A stretch of DNA of 64,000 bases from Pristiophorus japonicus (lineage: Eukaryota): the NCBI RefSeq assembly GCF_044704955.1, contig NC_091977.1, forward strand, positions 361,584,001 through 361,648,000. Reading direction: 5' to 3'. Numbering within the stretch: the stretch's first letter is position 1; the number at the start of each line of letters is the position of its first letter. The notes under the pieces are model-generated. The model worked only from the letters and a program-made list of their open reading frames with translations. It did no database searches and had not been told where the DNA came from. This document shows positions 28,205 through 39,856 of the stretch, piece after piece. Made by a program: the position numbers and the translations under genes.

Positions 28205-28784
28205 GTGAGTCTACCTTTTTGTTATCTTTTCTAGAGGAATAGTGAAATGAGTCTGTGTCATTTGTGATGTGTTCTCTGTATGCGTTTTCTGTGCTTTATC
28301 CTTGTTTGATGTTTTGTTGCTAGTCATTGTGATAGATACAGCTTTGTGACAGCGTGCATGGGTATCCTTACTGTTCTTGTGGTCGGCACTGAAAGTGACT
28401 TAATTTTTATGGAGCCAGAATTGGGACAGCTGCTATTAAAAAGGTGCACAACAAAACCTATGAGAAATCAGGTCTGACTTTTTAAACCATTCATGCATGT
28501 TTATTTTGCATGAGGCTCAGGGAGCAATGTGTTTGCACTGATGATCACTACATGTGCATGAATACCCACTTCAGAAGCCAGGGTACAGGAGACAGCATGG
28601 AACTGTAATTAATGTTTATTTTTAATGGAAAACTGTTTTGCTTGAAATACATTGACAGAACTAAACTTGTCAATTAAATTGTCAATATGCTTCCAGACTA
28701 AAGTGACCTGAAATCAAGCACTTCACATTGCACCAATACAGTATGAATATAAAAGGTCTAAATATTTGCAGTAATACTTGGGTT

Positions 28785-29558
28785 GACTCCATCCCTCTCC
28801 CTGGCAACTATCTGAGACTGAATGAGACTGTTCGTAACCTTGGTGTCGTATTTCACCCAGAGATGAGTTTCCGATCACATATCTGTGCCATATCTAAGAC
28901 AGCCTCTTTCCACCTCTGTAACATCGCCGGACTCTACCCCTGCCTCAGCTCATCTGCTGCTGAAACCCTCATACATGCCTTTGTTAATTCAATACTTGAC
29001 TGTTCCAAGGCACTTCTGGCTGGTCCCCCATTTTCTACCCTCCATAATCTTGAGCTCATCCAAAGCACTGCTGTCTGTGACCTAATTCACACCAGGTCCC
29101 GTTCACCTAACACCCTTGTGATTGCTGACCTACATTGTCATCCGATCCGACGATGCCTCAGTTTTAAAATTCTCATCCTTGTGTTCAAATCCCTTCATGA
29201 CCTCGCCCCTCACTATCTCTGTAACATCCTCCAGTCCTACAAATCTCTGAGGTATCTGAGCTCCTCCAGGACTGGCCTCTTGCTCATCCCCAATTTTAAT
29301 TGCTCCACCATTGGTGGCCGTACTTTCAGCTGCCAAGGCCCTAAGCTCTCTCATTTCCTATTTAAACCTCTCCACCTCTCTACCTCTCTTTCCTGCTTTA
29401 AGATACTCCTTAAAACTTACCTCTTTGACCAAGCTTTCAGTTCTGCCCTAATATCACCTTATGTGGCTTGGTGTCAAATGTTGTTTAATAATGCTCCTGT
29501 GAAGCGCCCTGGAATGTTTTTCTATGTTAAAGGCGCTAAATAAATACGAGTTGTTGTT
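28785..29558 (+). mobile_element. L2 LINE 3' fragment
   Basis: ORF 28728-29543 has L2 C-terminal motifs (VRNLGVVF, AAETLIHAFV, FKILILVFKSLH, FKILLKTYLF). L2 tail gtgaagcgcc...ttaaaggcgctaaataaatacgagttgttgtt. Confidence 0.9.
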
Positions 29559-29604
29559 AAGGTGCATTTCTTTTGTCACTGCAGTGTAATTAAAAACTGT
29601 AGTG

Positions 29605-30055
29605 CAGGTTGCCCAATGGCTCAGTAAGTTTGTCCAGTCAATAAATGAAACATGCAAGCAAGGTCACAGGTTCAAACCCTGGTCTGTGCAGAGTTAGTTG
29701 ATCTCAGCCAGGATGGTGATAGGGGCACTACAATTATCTTTGGTGTCCCTGGAAAAAGGAGAAACAAAGTCATTCAGACTTCCCATGTGAGTGCTTTCTC
29801 GTGAGCTGTGTGCTGTGAGGTGAGAACAGGACTGAGCTTGACAGTTGAACAGCTGTCAACATTCTGGGGGAGAATTTCTGTACAGCTTCACCCAATTCGT
29901 CAGCTGTGACTTCAGGCACTTGCACTGTGAATCAGCCTGAGACGATCCAGAGCACTCACAGTGGAAATTCCAGGTGTCAATGCCTAAGCCCCTTGGGCCA
30001 GTGCCCATGGAACCACACTCCAGCAAGGAGTCAATGCCTTTAGGAAAGGAGGATG
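29605..30055 (+). mobile_element. Old tRNA-derived SINE
   Basis: A-box-like tggctcagtaag and B-box ggttcaaaccc. A similar 3' body lies at about 14700-14925. Confidence 0.55.
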
Positions 30056-31595
30056 TTAGAGAAAACCGGCAAGAGAAATAAAGTGTAATGCAGCACTCAG
30101 TTACTTGAAATTTTTTCGGTTTATATCAAATTATGTGTTAATTGATTTAACTTTCTCAGCTCTCATTGCAAAGGGTAAAAACAGTCCAGAATAAAAAAAA
30201 CAGAGGTATTTTCTAAAGTTTCTCCTTCAGTGAAGGAAGCACAAACTGTATATATGTTCCCCAGGGATCGGTATTAGGTCCACTGCTCTTTTTGATATAT
30301 ATTCATGACCTGGACTTGGGTATAGGGGTCAATTCCAAAGATCTGCACATTACACAAAGCGTGGAAACATAGTAAACAGTGAGGAGGACAGAACATAACA
30401 TAAGAACCAAAGAAATAGGCTATTTGGCCCCTCGAGCCTGCTCCACCATCCAATAAGATCATGGCTGATCTGATCCTGGCCTCAACTTCATTTCCCTGCC
30501 CACTCCCCATAACCCTTGACTCATCATTCAAAAATCTGTCTATCTCCACCTTAAATATATTCAATGATCCAGCCTCCACAGCTGTCAGAGGTAGAGAATT
30601 CCAAAGATTCACGACTCTCTGAGAGAAGAATTTCCTCCTCATTTCTGTTTTAAATGAGTGACCCCTTATTCTATGTTCCCAGTTCTAGATTTCCCCATGA
30701 GGGGAAACATCCTCTCTGCATCTAGTCAAGCCCCCTCAAAATCTTTTAAGTTTCAATAAGATCACCTCTCATTCTTTTAAACTCCAATGAATATAGGCCC
30801 AACCTGCTCAACCTTTCTTCATATGACAACCCCTTCATCTCTAGAATCAACCTTGTGAACCTTCTCTGAACTGCCTCCAATGCAAGTATATCCTTCCTTA
30901 AATAAGGAGACCAAAACTGTACACAGTACTCTAGGTGTGGTCTCACCAATATCCTATAGAGTTGTAGCAGGACTTCACTGCTTTTATACTCCATTCCCCT
31001 TGCAATAAAGGCCAACATTTCATTTGCCTTCCTGATTACTTGCTGTACCTGCATGCTAACTTTTTGCGTTTTATGTACAAGAACCCCCAGGTCCCTCTGT
31101 ACTGCAACATTTTGTAATCGCTCCACATTTAAATAATAATTTGCTTTTTTATTTTTCCTACCAAAGTGGATATACTTACATTTTCCCACATTATAGTCCA
31201 TCTGCCAAATGTTTGCCCATTCACTGAGCCTATCTATGGGCCCAAATTTGCCCTGGAGTTGCTCCATTTTTTTTGAGCAACTTGATTTTTCTGGAGTATC
31301 TTAAAAATCCCCATTCTGCACATTTAATTTTTGGCAGTGTAAGTGAGTTAGTTAGGATTTTTTAAATTTAATTTTTTTTTCAAAAGGGGGCGTTACCAGC
31401 CACCTACGCCTGTTTTGGCCATTTAAGCCAGTTTGGACAGCTAATAGTTGCTCCAAACTAACTTAGGCCAGCGTATGTGGCCACTTGTGGCCGCACAGAA
31501 AACCCTTGCAGAGAGTTAAGAAATCAGCGCAGGTAGCCAGAGATAGGGGGTGTGAAGGGAAGCGGAGAAGACCTTGCAAAGCACTAAACACATTC

Positions 31596-34500
31596 TCTCG
31601 AGCGGGTGTGTCGAGGAGGTGGCCTATAAAAGTCCGGGGAGTTGGAGACAGCGGGACTTCGAGCGGGTGCGTCGAGGAGGCGGCCTATAAAAGTCCAGGG
31701 AGTCGGAGACAGCGGGACTTCGAGCGGGTGCATCAAGGAGGCGGCTTATAAAAGACCGGGGAGTCAGAGACAGTGGGGCTGTGAGCGGGTGTGTCGAGGA
31801 GGCAGCCTATAAAAGTCCGGGGAGTTGGAGAACTACCGGTGCATCTGCAGCAGGAAGGCCAAAAAGAAATCGAAAGTTGGCGTCACAGCCAAGCGGGTAA
31901 GTGATTGGCTGGTGATTGGTGAGTATTTTTCTTTTCTATATCAGTAAGTAACCTTTAGCATTGTTGTTGCCAATTTAAGTTTCTCTAAGCGTTAAGTCAT
32001 GGCAGGACAGCTCGGATACATGTTATGCTCCTCCTGTACTAATTGGGAAGTCAGGAATGCTTCCGGGGTCCCTGACAACTACGTGTGCGGGAAGTGTATC
32101 CGCCTCCAGCTCCTGACTGACTGCATGCTGAGAATGACGTGAATAGCACCTTTAGTGAGTTGGTCTTACTGCAGGTAAAGGGTACACAGCCAGATAGGGG
32201 ATGGGTGACCAACAGGAAGAGCAGTGGAAGGAAGGTAGTGCAGGGGTCCCCTGTGGTCATTCCCCTGCAAAACAGATACACCGCTTTGGGTACTGTTGAG
32301 GGGGATGACTCATCAGGGGAGGGCAGCAGCAGCCAAGTTCATGGCACCATGGGTGGCTCTGTTACACAGGAGGGCAGAAAAAAGAGTGGGAGAGCTATAA
32401 GGGGAATAGATAGGTGTTTCTGCGGCCACAACTGGGACTCCAGGATGGTATGTTGCCTCCCTGGTGCAAGTGTCAAGGATGTCTCGGAGCGGGTGCAGGA
32501 CATTCTGAAAAGGAAGAGTAAACACCCAGTTGTCGTAGTGCATACAGGTACCAATGACATAGGTAAAAAACAGGATGAAGTCCGACGAGACGAATTTAGG
32601 GAGCATTTGGAATAAGGTGGACGAATTAACAGCGCAGATAGCAGTTAACGGATATGATGTAATTGGCATCACGGAGACATGGCTCCAGGGTGACCAAGGC
32701 TGGGAACTCACCATCCAGGGGTATTCAACATTTAGGAAGGATAGTCAGAGAGAAAAAGGAGGCGGGGTGGCACTGCTGGTTAAAGAGGAAATTAATGCAA
32801 TAGTATGGAGGGACATTAGTCTGGATGATGTGGAATCGGTATGGGTGGAGCTGCGGAATACCAAAGGGCAGAAAACGCTAGGGGGAGTTGTGTACAGACC
32901 ACCAAACAGTAGTAGTGAGGTTGGGGACAGCATCAAACAAGAAATAAGGGATGTGTGCAATAAAGGTACAGCAGTTATCATGGGCGACTTTAATCTACAT
33001 ATTGATTGGGCTAACCTAACTGGCAGCAATGCAGTGGAGGAGGATTTCCTGGAGTGTATTAGGGATGGTTTTCGAGACCAATATGTCGAGGAACCAACTA
33101 GGGAGCTGGCCATCCTAGACGGGGTGATGTGTAATGAGAAGGGAATAATTAGCAATCTTGTTGCGCGAGGCGCCTTGGGGAAGAGTGATCATAATGTGGT
33201 AGAATTCTTTATTAAGATGGAGAATGACACAGTTAACTTGGAAACTAGGGTCCTGAACTTAAGGATGGTATGAGGCGTGAATTGGCTAGAATAGACTGGC
33301 AAAGGATACTTAACGGGTTGACAGTGGATAAGCAATGGCAACTATTTAAAGATCACATGTATGAACTTCAGCAATTGTACATCCCTGTCTGGAGTAAAAT
33401 AAAACAGGGAAGGTGGTTCAACCGTGGCTAACAAGGGAAATAAAGGATAGTGTTAAAACCAAAGAAGAGGCATAGAAATTGGCTAGAAAAAGCAACAAAC
33501 CTGAGGACTGGGAGAAATTTAGAATTCAACAGAGGAGGACTAAGGGTTTAATTAAGAGGGGTAAAATAGAGTACAAGAGGAAGCTTGCAAGGAACATAAA
33601 AACTGACTGCAAAAGCTTCCATAAATATGTGAAGAGAAAAAGATTAGTGAAGACAAACATAGGTCCCTTGCAGTTGGATTCAGGTGAATTTATAATGGGG
33701 AACAAAGAAATGGCAGACCAATTGAACAAATACTTTGGTTCTGTCTTCACAAAGGAAGACACAAATAACCTTCCGAATGTACTAGGAGACAGCGGGTCTA
33801 GTGAGAAGGAGGAACTGAAGGATAGCCTTATAAAGTGGGAAATTGTGTTAGGGAAATTGATGGGATTGAAGGCCCATAAATCCCCGGGGCCTGATAGCCT
33901 GTATCCCTGAGTACTTAAGGAAGTGGCCCTAGAAATAGTGGATGCATTAGTGATCATTTTCCAATAGTCTATCGATTCTGGATCAATTCCTATGGACTAG
34001 AGGGTAGCTAATGTAACACCACATTTTAAAAAAGGAGGGAGAGAGAAAATGGGTAATTATAGTCTGGTTAGCCTGACATCAGTACTGGGGAAAATGTTGG
34101 AATCAATCATTAAGGATGAAATAGCAGCGCATTTGGAAAGCAGTGACAGGATCGGTCCAAGTCAGCATGGATTTATGAAAGGGAAATCATGCTTGACGAA
34201 TCTTCTGGAATTTTTTAAGGATGTAACTAGCAGAGTGGACAAGGGAGAACCAGTGCATATGGTGTATTTGGACTTTCAAAAGGCTTTTGACAAGGTCCCG
34301 CACAAGAGATTGGTGTGCAAAATCAATGCACATGGTATTCGGGATAATGTACTGACGTGGATAGAGAACTGGGTGGCAGGCAGGAAGCAGAGAGTCGGGA
34401 TAAACGGATCCTTTTCAGAATGGCAGGCAGTGACTTGTGGAGTGCTGCAGGGCTCAGTGCTGGGACCCCAGCTATTTACCATATACATTAGCGATTTAGA

Positions 34501-35465
34501 TGAAGGAATTGAGTGTAATATCTCCAAGTTTGCAGATGACACTAAACTGGGTGGCGGTGTGAGTTGTGAGGCAGACGCTAAGAGGCTGCAGGGTGACTTG
34601 GACAGGTTAGGTGAGTTGGCAAATGCATGGCAGATGCAGTATAATGTGGATAAATGTGAGGTTATCCATTTTGGGGGCAAAAACACAAAGGCAGAATATT
34701 ATCTGAATGGCGGCAGATTAGGAAAAGGGGAAGTGCAACGAGACCTAGGTGCCATGGTACATCAGTCATTGAAAGTTGGCATGCAAGAACAGCAGGCGGT
34801 GAAGAAGGCAAATAGTATGTTGGCCTTCATAGCTGGGGGATTTGAGTACAGGAACAGGGAGGCTTACTGTTGTACAGGGCCTTGGTGAGGTCTCACCTGG
34901 AACATTGTGTTCAGCTTTGGTCTCCTAATCTGAGGAAGGACATTCTTGCTATTCAGGGAGTGCAGCGAAGGTTCACCAGACTGATTCCAGGGATGGCTGG
35001 ACTGGCATATGAGGAGAAACTGGATCAACTGGGCCTTTATTCACTGGAGTTTAGAAGAATGAGAGGGTATCTCATAAAAACGTATAAGATTCTGACGGGA
35101 CTGGACAGGTTAGATGCGGGAAGAATGTTCCCGATGTTGGGGAAGTCCAGAACCAGGGGACATATTCTTAGGATAAGGGGTAGGCCATTTAGGACTGAGA
35201 TGAGGAGAAACTTCTTCACTCAAAAGTTGTTAACCTGTGGAATTCCCTGCTGCAGAGAGTCGTTGATGCCAGTTCATTGGATATATTCAAGAAGGATTTA
35301 GATATGGCCCTTACGGCTAAAGAGATCAAGGAGTATGGAGAGAAAGCTGAAAAGGGGTACTGAGGGAATGCTCAGCCATGATCTTATTGAATGGCGGTGC
35401 AGGCTCGAAGGGCCGAATGGCCTACTCCTGCACCTATTTTCTATGATTCTACATTTCTATGTTTC
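31596..35465 (+). mobile_element. Near full-length CR1 LINE (5' UTR, ORF1 with internal deletion, ORF2 APE-RT), inactivated
   Basis: ORF1 ATG at 31999, Cys-rich then SGNH-like (VCCLPGA, VVVHTGTND). APE motifs (GITETWL, YRPP, MGDFN, SDH) and RT motifs (QHGF, FADD). Stops and frameshifts. tttctatg-type tail. Confidence 0.95.
31597..31830 (+). promoter_or_regulatory. Tandem array of about 4 x 61-bp GC-rich monomers, each with TATAAAA, at the CR1 5' end
   Basis: TATAAAA at 31625, 31686, 31747 and 31808 (period 61). Promoter role is inferred. Confidence 0.6.
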
Positions 35466-36822
35466 AACAACATTCATGAAGCATAAAGACCATCAATAAT
35501 AAATTTTTAAAAAATCAATAAAAAATAAAAAATTAAACTTAAGTCCTACCTTCATACACGGCCCGGGAAATGAGTGGGCCTGCCGGTGCGAGAGGCCACT
35601 CGGCCGGGGATAGGGAAGCTGGTGGGTGGGAAGCCAGGGTGGGAGAGCAGTGAATGGGCCACACATGAGACGCAGCAGGTTGGGCTCGCCGAAGGAGGCT
35701 GCAGGAGGGAACTTAAAGGGGGGCTGGAAGGAGGGTGGGGGGCTGGGAATACACAGGCTGCAGGAGCCTTAATGTGTTAAGTGTAAAAGTCTATTACGTA
35801 CTTATTGTAAGTTTTGATAGTTGCCATGACACCTCAAAATAAATCATAAATAATGCTGACAAAAAGGCCATGAAACAATCGAAAACATCCGTGCTCGACT
35901 AAAAAAGTACATTTTAAAAATGAAAGCTCATCTGAGACAACTAAATATACTCCCAACAGCATGTACCATTTGTATGGACTTCAGAAATGATTATAAATTT
36001 GAATGGTAGTGTCGTAATTCATAGAATTAAAATCAGGTTGCATGAGATTTGCTTGAATTGAATCTAGTAATTAAGATTGAAGGAGTTTGATTGAATCTTT
36101 ACATCTATTTGCATACTTCTCAGGGCTGCAGCCATTCTGTGGTCAGATGTTCAAGGTGCCCTCATACACAACAATTGCAGAGTTATTTCTCTGAGCAATA
36201 GGTCTGATGCTAAAGCAATGCCAGTTCGAAAGGCCACTCGACCGGGGATAGGTGGGACGCCCGGGCGCATGCGCGAACGCTCCAATGCGCATGCGCAACG
36301 CTGCTGGCACTGTTACAGACGCTGGGCCCTAGCCCCGCCCCTCCTGCCAGCAGTCTTTCAGCCGCACATCCCTAGCTCCGCCCCCCACTGTGATTGCCAC
36401 ACCACGCCAAGCACAAGGACGGTCCACAGAGCGGGGAGAATATGCCGATATATTTTCGACACCTTTATCAGAGCAGAAAGTCGGCGCACCTCACGGAAGT
36501 GCACCGAAAAAACCAGAAGGCCAAATTTGGGCCCTATATCCCTTTGCAGATTTTTTGTGTCCTCCTCGCAACTTGCTTTCCCACCTTAGTAGCAGATACT
36601 TGAGGACATAGACTGACTGGTGAAATGGGCAGACATGTGGCAGATCAAATTTTATGCAAAGATACGTGAAATGATTCATTTTGATAGGAAGAATGAGGAG
36701 AGGCAAGATAAAGTGGTACAATTTTAAAGAGGGTCCAGGAGCAGAGAGACTTGGTGGTGTACTTAACAAATCTTTGAAGGTGGCAGGACAAGTCGATAAA
36801 GCTGTTAGAAAAGCTTTAGGAT

Positions 36823-37464
36823 GGGGCTAGAAATTCAGTGCTTTTGCGTTTCCCGTTAGCGCCCCCGGACACGACGTTAGCAATGACTCCCGCCATATTG
36901 GGCGGGAGTTTTGTACCGATGCAATGGCTTTGCGCCCTGATCTACTCTGCCTGGAGATCGTGTCGTCATCGCCATGCGCATTGCCACGCTAGCACCCCGA
37001 CCCCGAAATTCACTTCCACCCCCGGCAGCAGCGCCGAGCGAAAGCACCGATAGCTGCAGGATGCGTGAATCTTGCGGCCGGCTGCTACCGGGGTGAAAAT
37101 TAAAGACAAGGTGACCGATGGAAATTAGAAAAAAAAATTACCTTGGTTTTCCCGATGCTGATCTGTTTTTCTTTACGGCGTACTGGCCGTGATCACTCTG
37201 CCCAGCACTTTGCTTGATTGCCGGGCTGATCGGGCGACATCCCCGCTCCATGGTGGTCCAGATTCATATGAAGAGTCGGCCACGTGAGCCTTTCCCTTTA
37301 AGTGAGCGAAGGGCCCCTCGGCTGCAGCAGCACCACACAGTCCTGTGTGCAGTTTTGGTCTCCTTACCGAATTTTTGGAGAGGGGCGAGACTTCAGCCTG
37401 CCGCTAAGTCTTGCACCTCACAACTATTACCACCCTAAATGAGGTTATACTGAATTTTAGCCCC
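36823..37464. mobile_element. Non-autonomous Harbinger-like TIR element
   Basis: Left end GGGGCTAGAAATTCAG; right end CTGAATTTTAGCCCC. CpG-rich. It splits an old CR1. No clear TSD. Confidence 0.75.
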
Positions 37465-39856
37465 CTTCACTTTATAAATAGTGGCATAGATTATAAAAGC
37501 AAGAAAGTTAAGTTAAAACTTCATAAATCACTGGTTAGGCCTCATCTGGAGTATCTGTCCAATTCTGGACACCAAAGTTAGAAAGTGTGTCAAAGCTTTA
37601 GCGAGACTGCAGAGGGAATTTACTAGAGTGGTAGTAGTGTTGTGGGACTTCAATAACATGAAGAGATTAGAGAAGCAGACGTTGTGCTCCTGAGAACAAA
37701 GAAGGTTAAGGGGAGATTTAATAGAGGTGTTCAAATTTATGAGGTGTTATGATAGAGTAAATAAGGTACATAAGCACATAAGAATTAGGAGCAGGATAGG
37801 CCATTCTGTCCCTCGAGCCTGCTCCGCCATTCAATAAGATCATGGCTGATCTTCTACCTCAACTCCACTTTCTTGCACAGTCTCCATATCACTTGATTCC
37901 CTTAATCTCCAAAAATGTATCGATCTATGTCTTGAATATACTCAAAGACTGAGCCTTCACCACCCTCTGAGTGAAGAGGTTTCTCTTCATCTCAGTCCTA
38001 AATGCCCGACCCCTTATTCTGAGACTGTGACCCCTGGTTCTCGACTCACCAGCCAGAGGAAATATCCTCCTGGCATCTACCCTGTCAAGCCCTGAAATAA
38101 TTTTGTATGTTTCAATGAGATCACTTCTCATTGAAACTCTAGAAAATATAGGCCTAGTCTACTCAATCTCTCCTCATAGGACAATCCCCCCATCCCAGAA
38201 ATCAGTCTGGTGAATCTTCGTTGCACTCCCTCTATGGCAAGTATATCCTTCCTTATGTAAGGAGACCAAAATTGTACATAATACTTCAGGTGAGGTCTCA
38301 CCAGTGTCTATATAATTGCAGCAAGACGTCTTTATTCTTATACACAAATCCTCTTGTAATAAAGGCCAACATACCATTTGCTTTCTTAATTGCTTGCTGT
38401 ACCTGGATGTTAACTTTCACTGATTTGTGTACAAGGACACACAGGTCCCTCTGAACATCAACATTTCCCGATCTCTCACCATATAAAATTACTCTGCTTT
38501 TCTATTTTTCCGACCAAAGTGGATAACTTCCCATTTCTCCACATTATATTCCATTTGGCATGTTCTTTCCAACTCACTTAACCTGTCTATATCCCCTTCA
38601 AGCCTCTTTGCATCCTCCTCACAACTTACATTCCCACCGAGCTTTGTATCATCAGCAAACTTGGATTTATTACATTTGGTCCCCTCATCCAAATCATTGA
38701 TATAGATTGTGAATAGCTTTAGCCCAAGCACCAATCCTTGCAGTATCCCACTAGTTACAGCCTGCCAACCCGAAAATTATTCCTATCCATTTTCTATCCA
38801 TTAACCAATCCTCAATCCATGCAAGTATATTACCCCCAATCCGATGAGCCTTAATTATGTTTAATGACCTTTTGTGTGGCACTTTATCGAATGCTTTCTG
38901 AAAATCCAAATACACCACATCCACTGGTTCCCCCTTAACTATTCTACTAGTTACAACTTCAAAAAACTCAAACAGATTTTTCAAACATGATTTCCCTTTC
39001 AAAAATTCGTGTTGACTCTGCCCAATCCTCTTATTATTTTCCAAGTTCCCTGTTACCACGTCCTTAAAAGTAGATTGCAGCATTTTCCCTACTGATGTCA
39101 GGCTAACTGGTCTGTAGTTCGCCATTTTCTCTCTCCCTCCTTTCGTAAATAGCAGGGTTACATTAGCTACATTTCAATCTGTGGGAACCGTTCTAGAATC
39201 TATGGAATTTTGGAAGATTACAATCAATGCATCCGCTATCTTGATAGCCACCTCTTTCAAAACCCTAATGTAGGCCATTAGGTCCAGGGGATTCATTAAT
39301 TTCAGTCCCATTAATTTCTCCAGTACTATTTTTTTACCAATACTAATTTCTTTCAGTTCCTCATTCTTACTAGAAATTTGGTTCTCCACTATTTCCAGGA
39401 AGTTTTTGTTTCCCGTGAAAACAGACACAAAGTATTTGCTTAATTTCTCTGCCATTTCCTTATTCCCCATTATAATTTTTCCTGTCTCAGCCTGCAGGAG
39501 ACGCACATTTATTTTCACTAATCTTTTTGTTTTTACATACCTATAGAAGCTGTTGCAGCCTGTTTTTATGTCTCTCGCTAGTTTACTCTCATATTCTATT
39601 TTCCCCTTCTTTACCAATTTCTTGGTTCTCCTTTGCTGAATTCTAAAATCCTCCCAATCCTCAAGCTTACTGCTCTTTTTGTCAACATTATAAGCCTCTT
39701 CCTTTGATCTAATGCTATCTTTAACTTCTCTTGTTAGCTACAGTAGGATCGCTTTTCCTTTTGGGTTTTTGTGCCTTAAAGGAATGTTTATTTGTTGTAA
39801 ATTATGTATTAATTCTTTAAATGCTAGTCATTGGTTGTCGACCATAATACCTTTTA

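Larger units (their letters stand above)
31238..36534. mobile_element. PIF/Harbinger-like non-autonomous TIR element, TSD TAT, containing a nested CR1
   Basis: Perfect 13-bp TIR GGGCCCAAATTTG / CAAATTTGGGCCC. TAT at 31235-31237 and 36535-36537. Confidence 0.88.
30391..36587 (-). mobile_element. CR1 3' fragment (30391-31237 and 36535-36587) interrupted by a TIR element
   Basis: ORFs 30746-31267 and 30274-30642 are CR1 ORF2. The sequence resumes exactly after the TIR element (cctatctat|atcccttt). Confidence 0.88.
30256..37767 (+). mobile_element. Old + strand CR1 split into three pieces (30256-30390, 36588-36822, 37465-37767) by later insertions
   Basis: The pieces read continuously as CR1 RT and C-terminus (gttccccagggatcggtattagg...gaggaggacag / agtagcag...ggat / cttcactttataaatag). 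Confidence 0.7.

Noticed and set aside
28728-29543. 271-aa open frame as an exapted L2 gene or CSMD3 exon
   Set aside because: It is a diverged L2 ORF2 3' fragment without the RT core or convincing splice sites. An open frame this long can persist by chance.
31597-31830. CRISPR-like 61-bp periodicity
   Set aside because: The whole unit is repeated, with no variable spacer. It is the tandem 5' end of a CR1.
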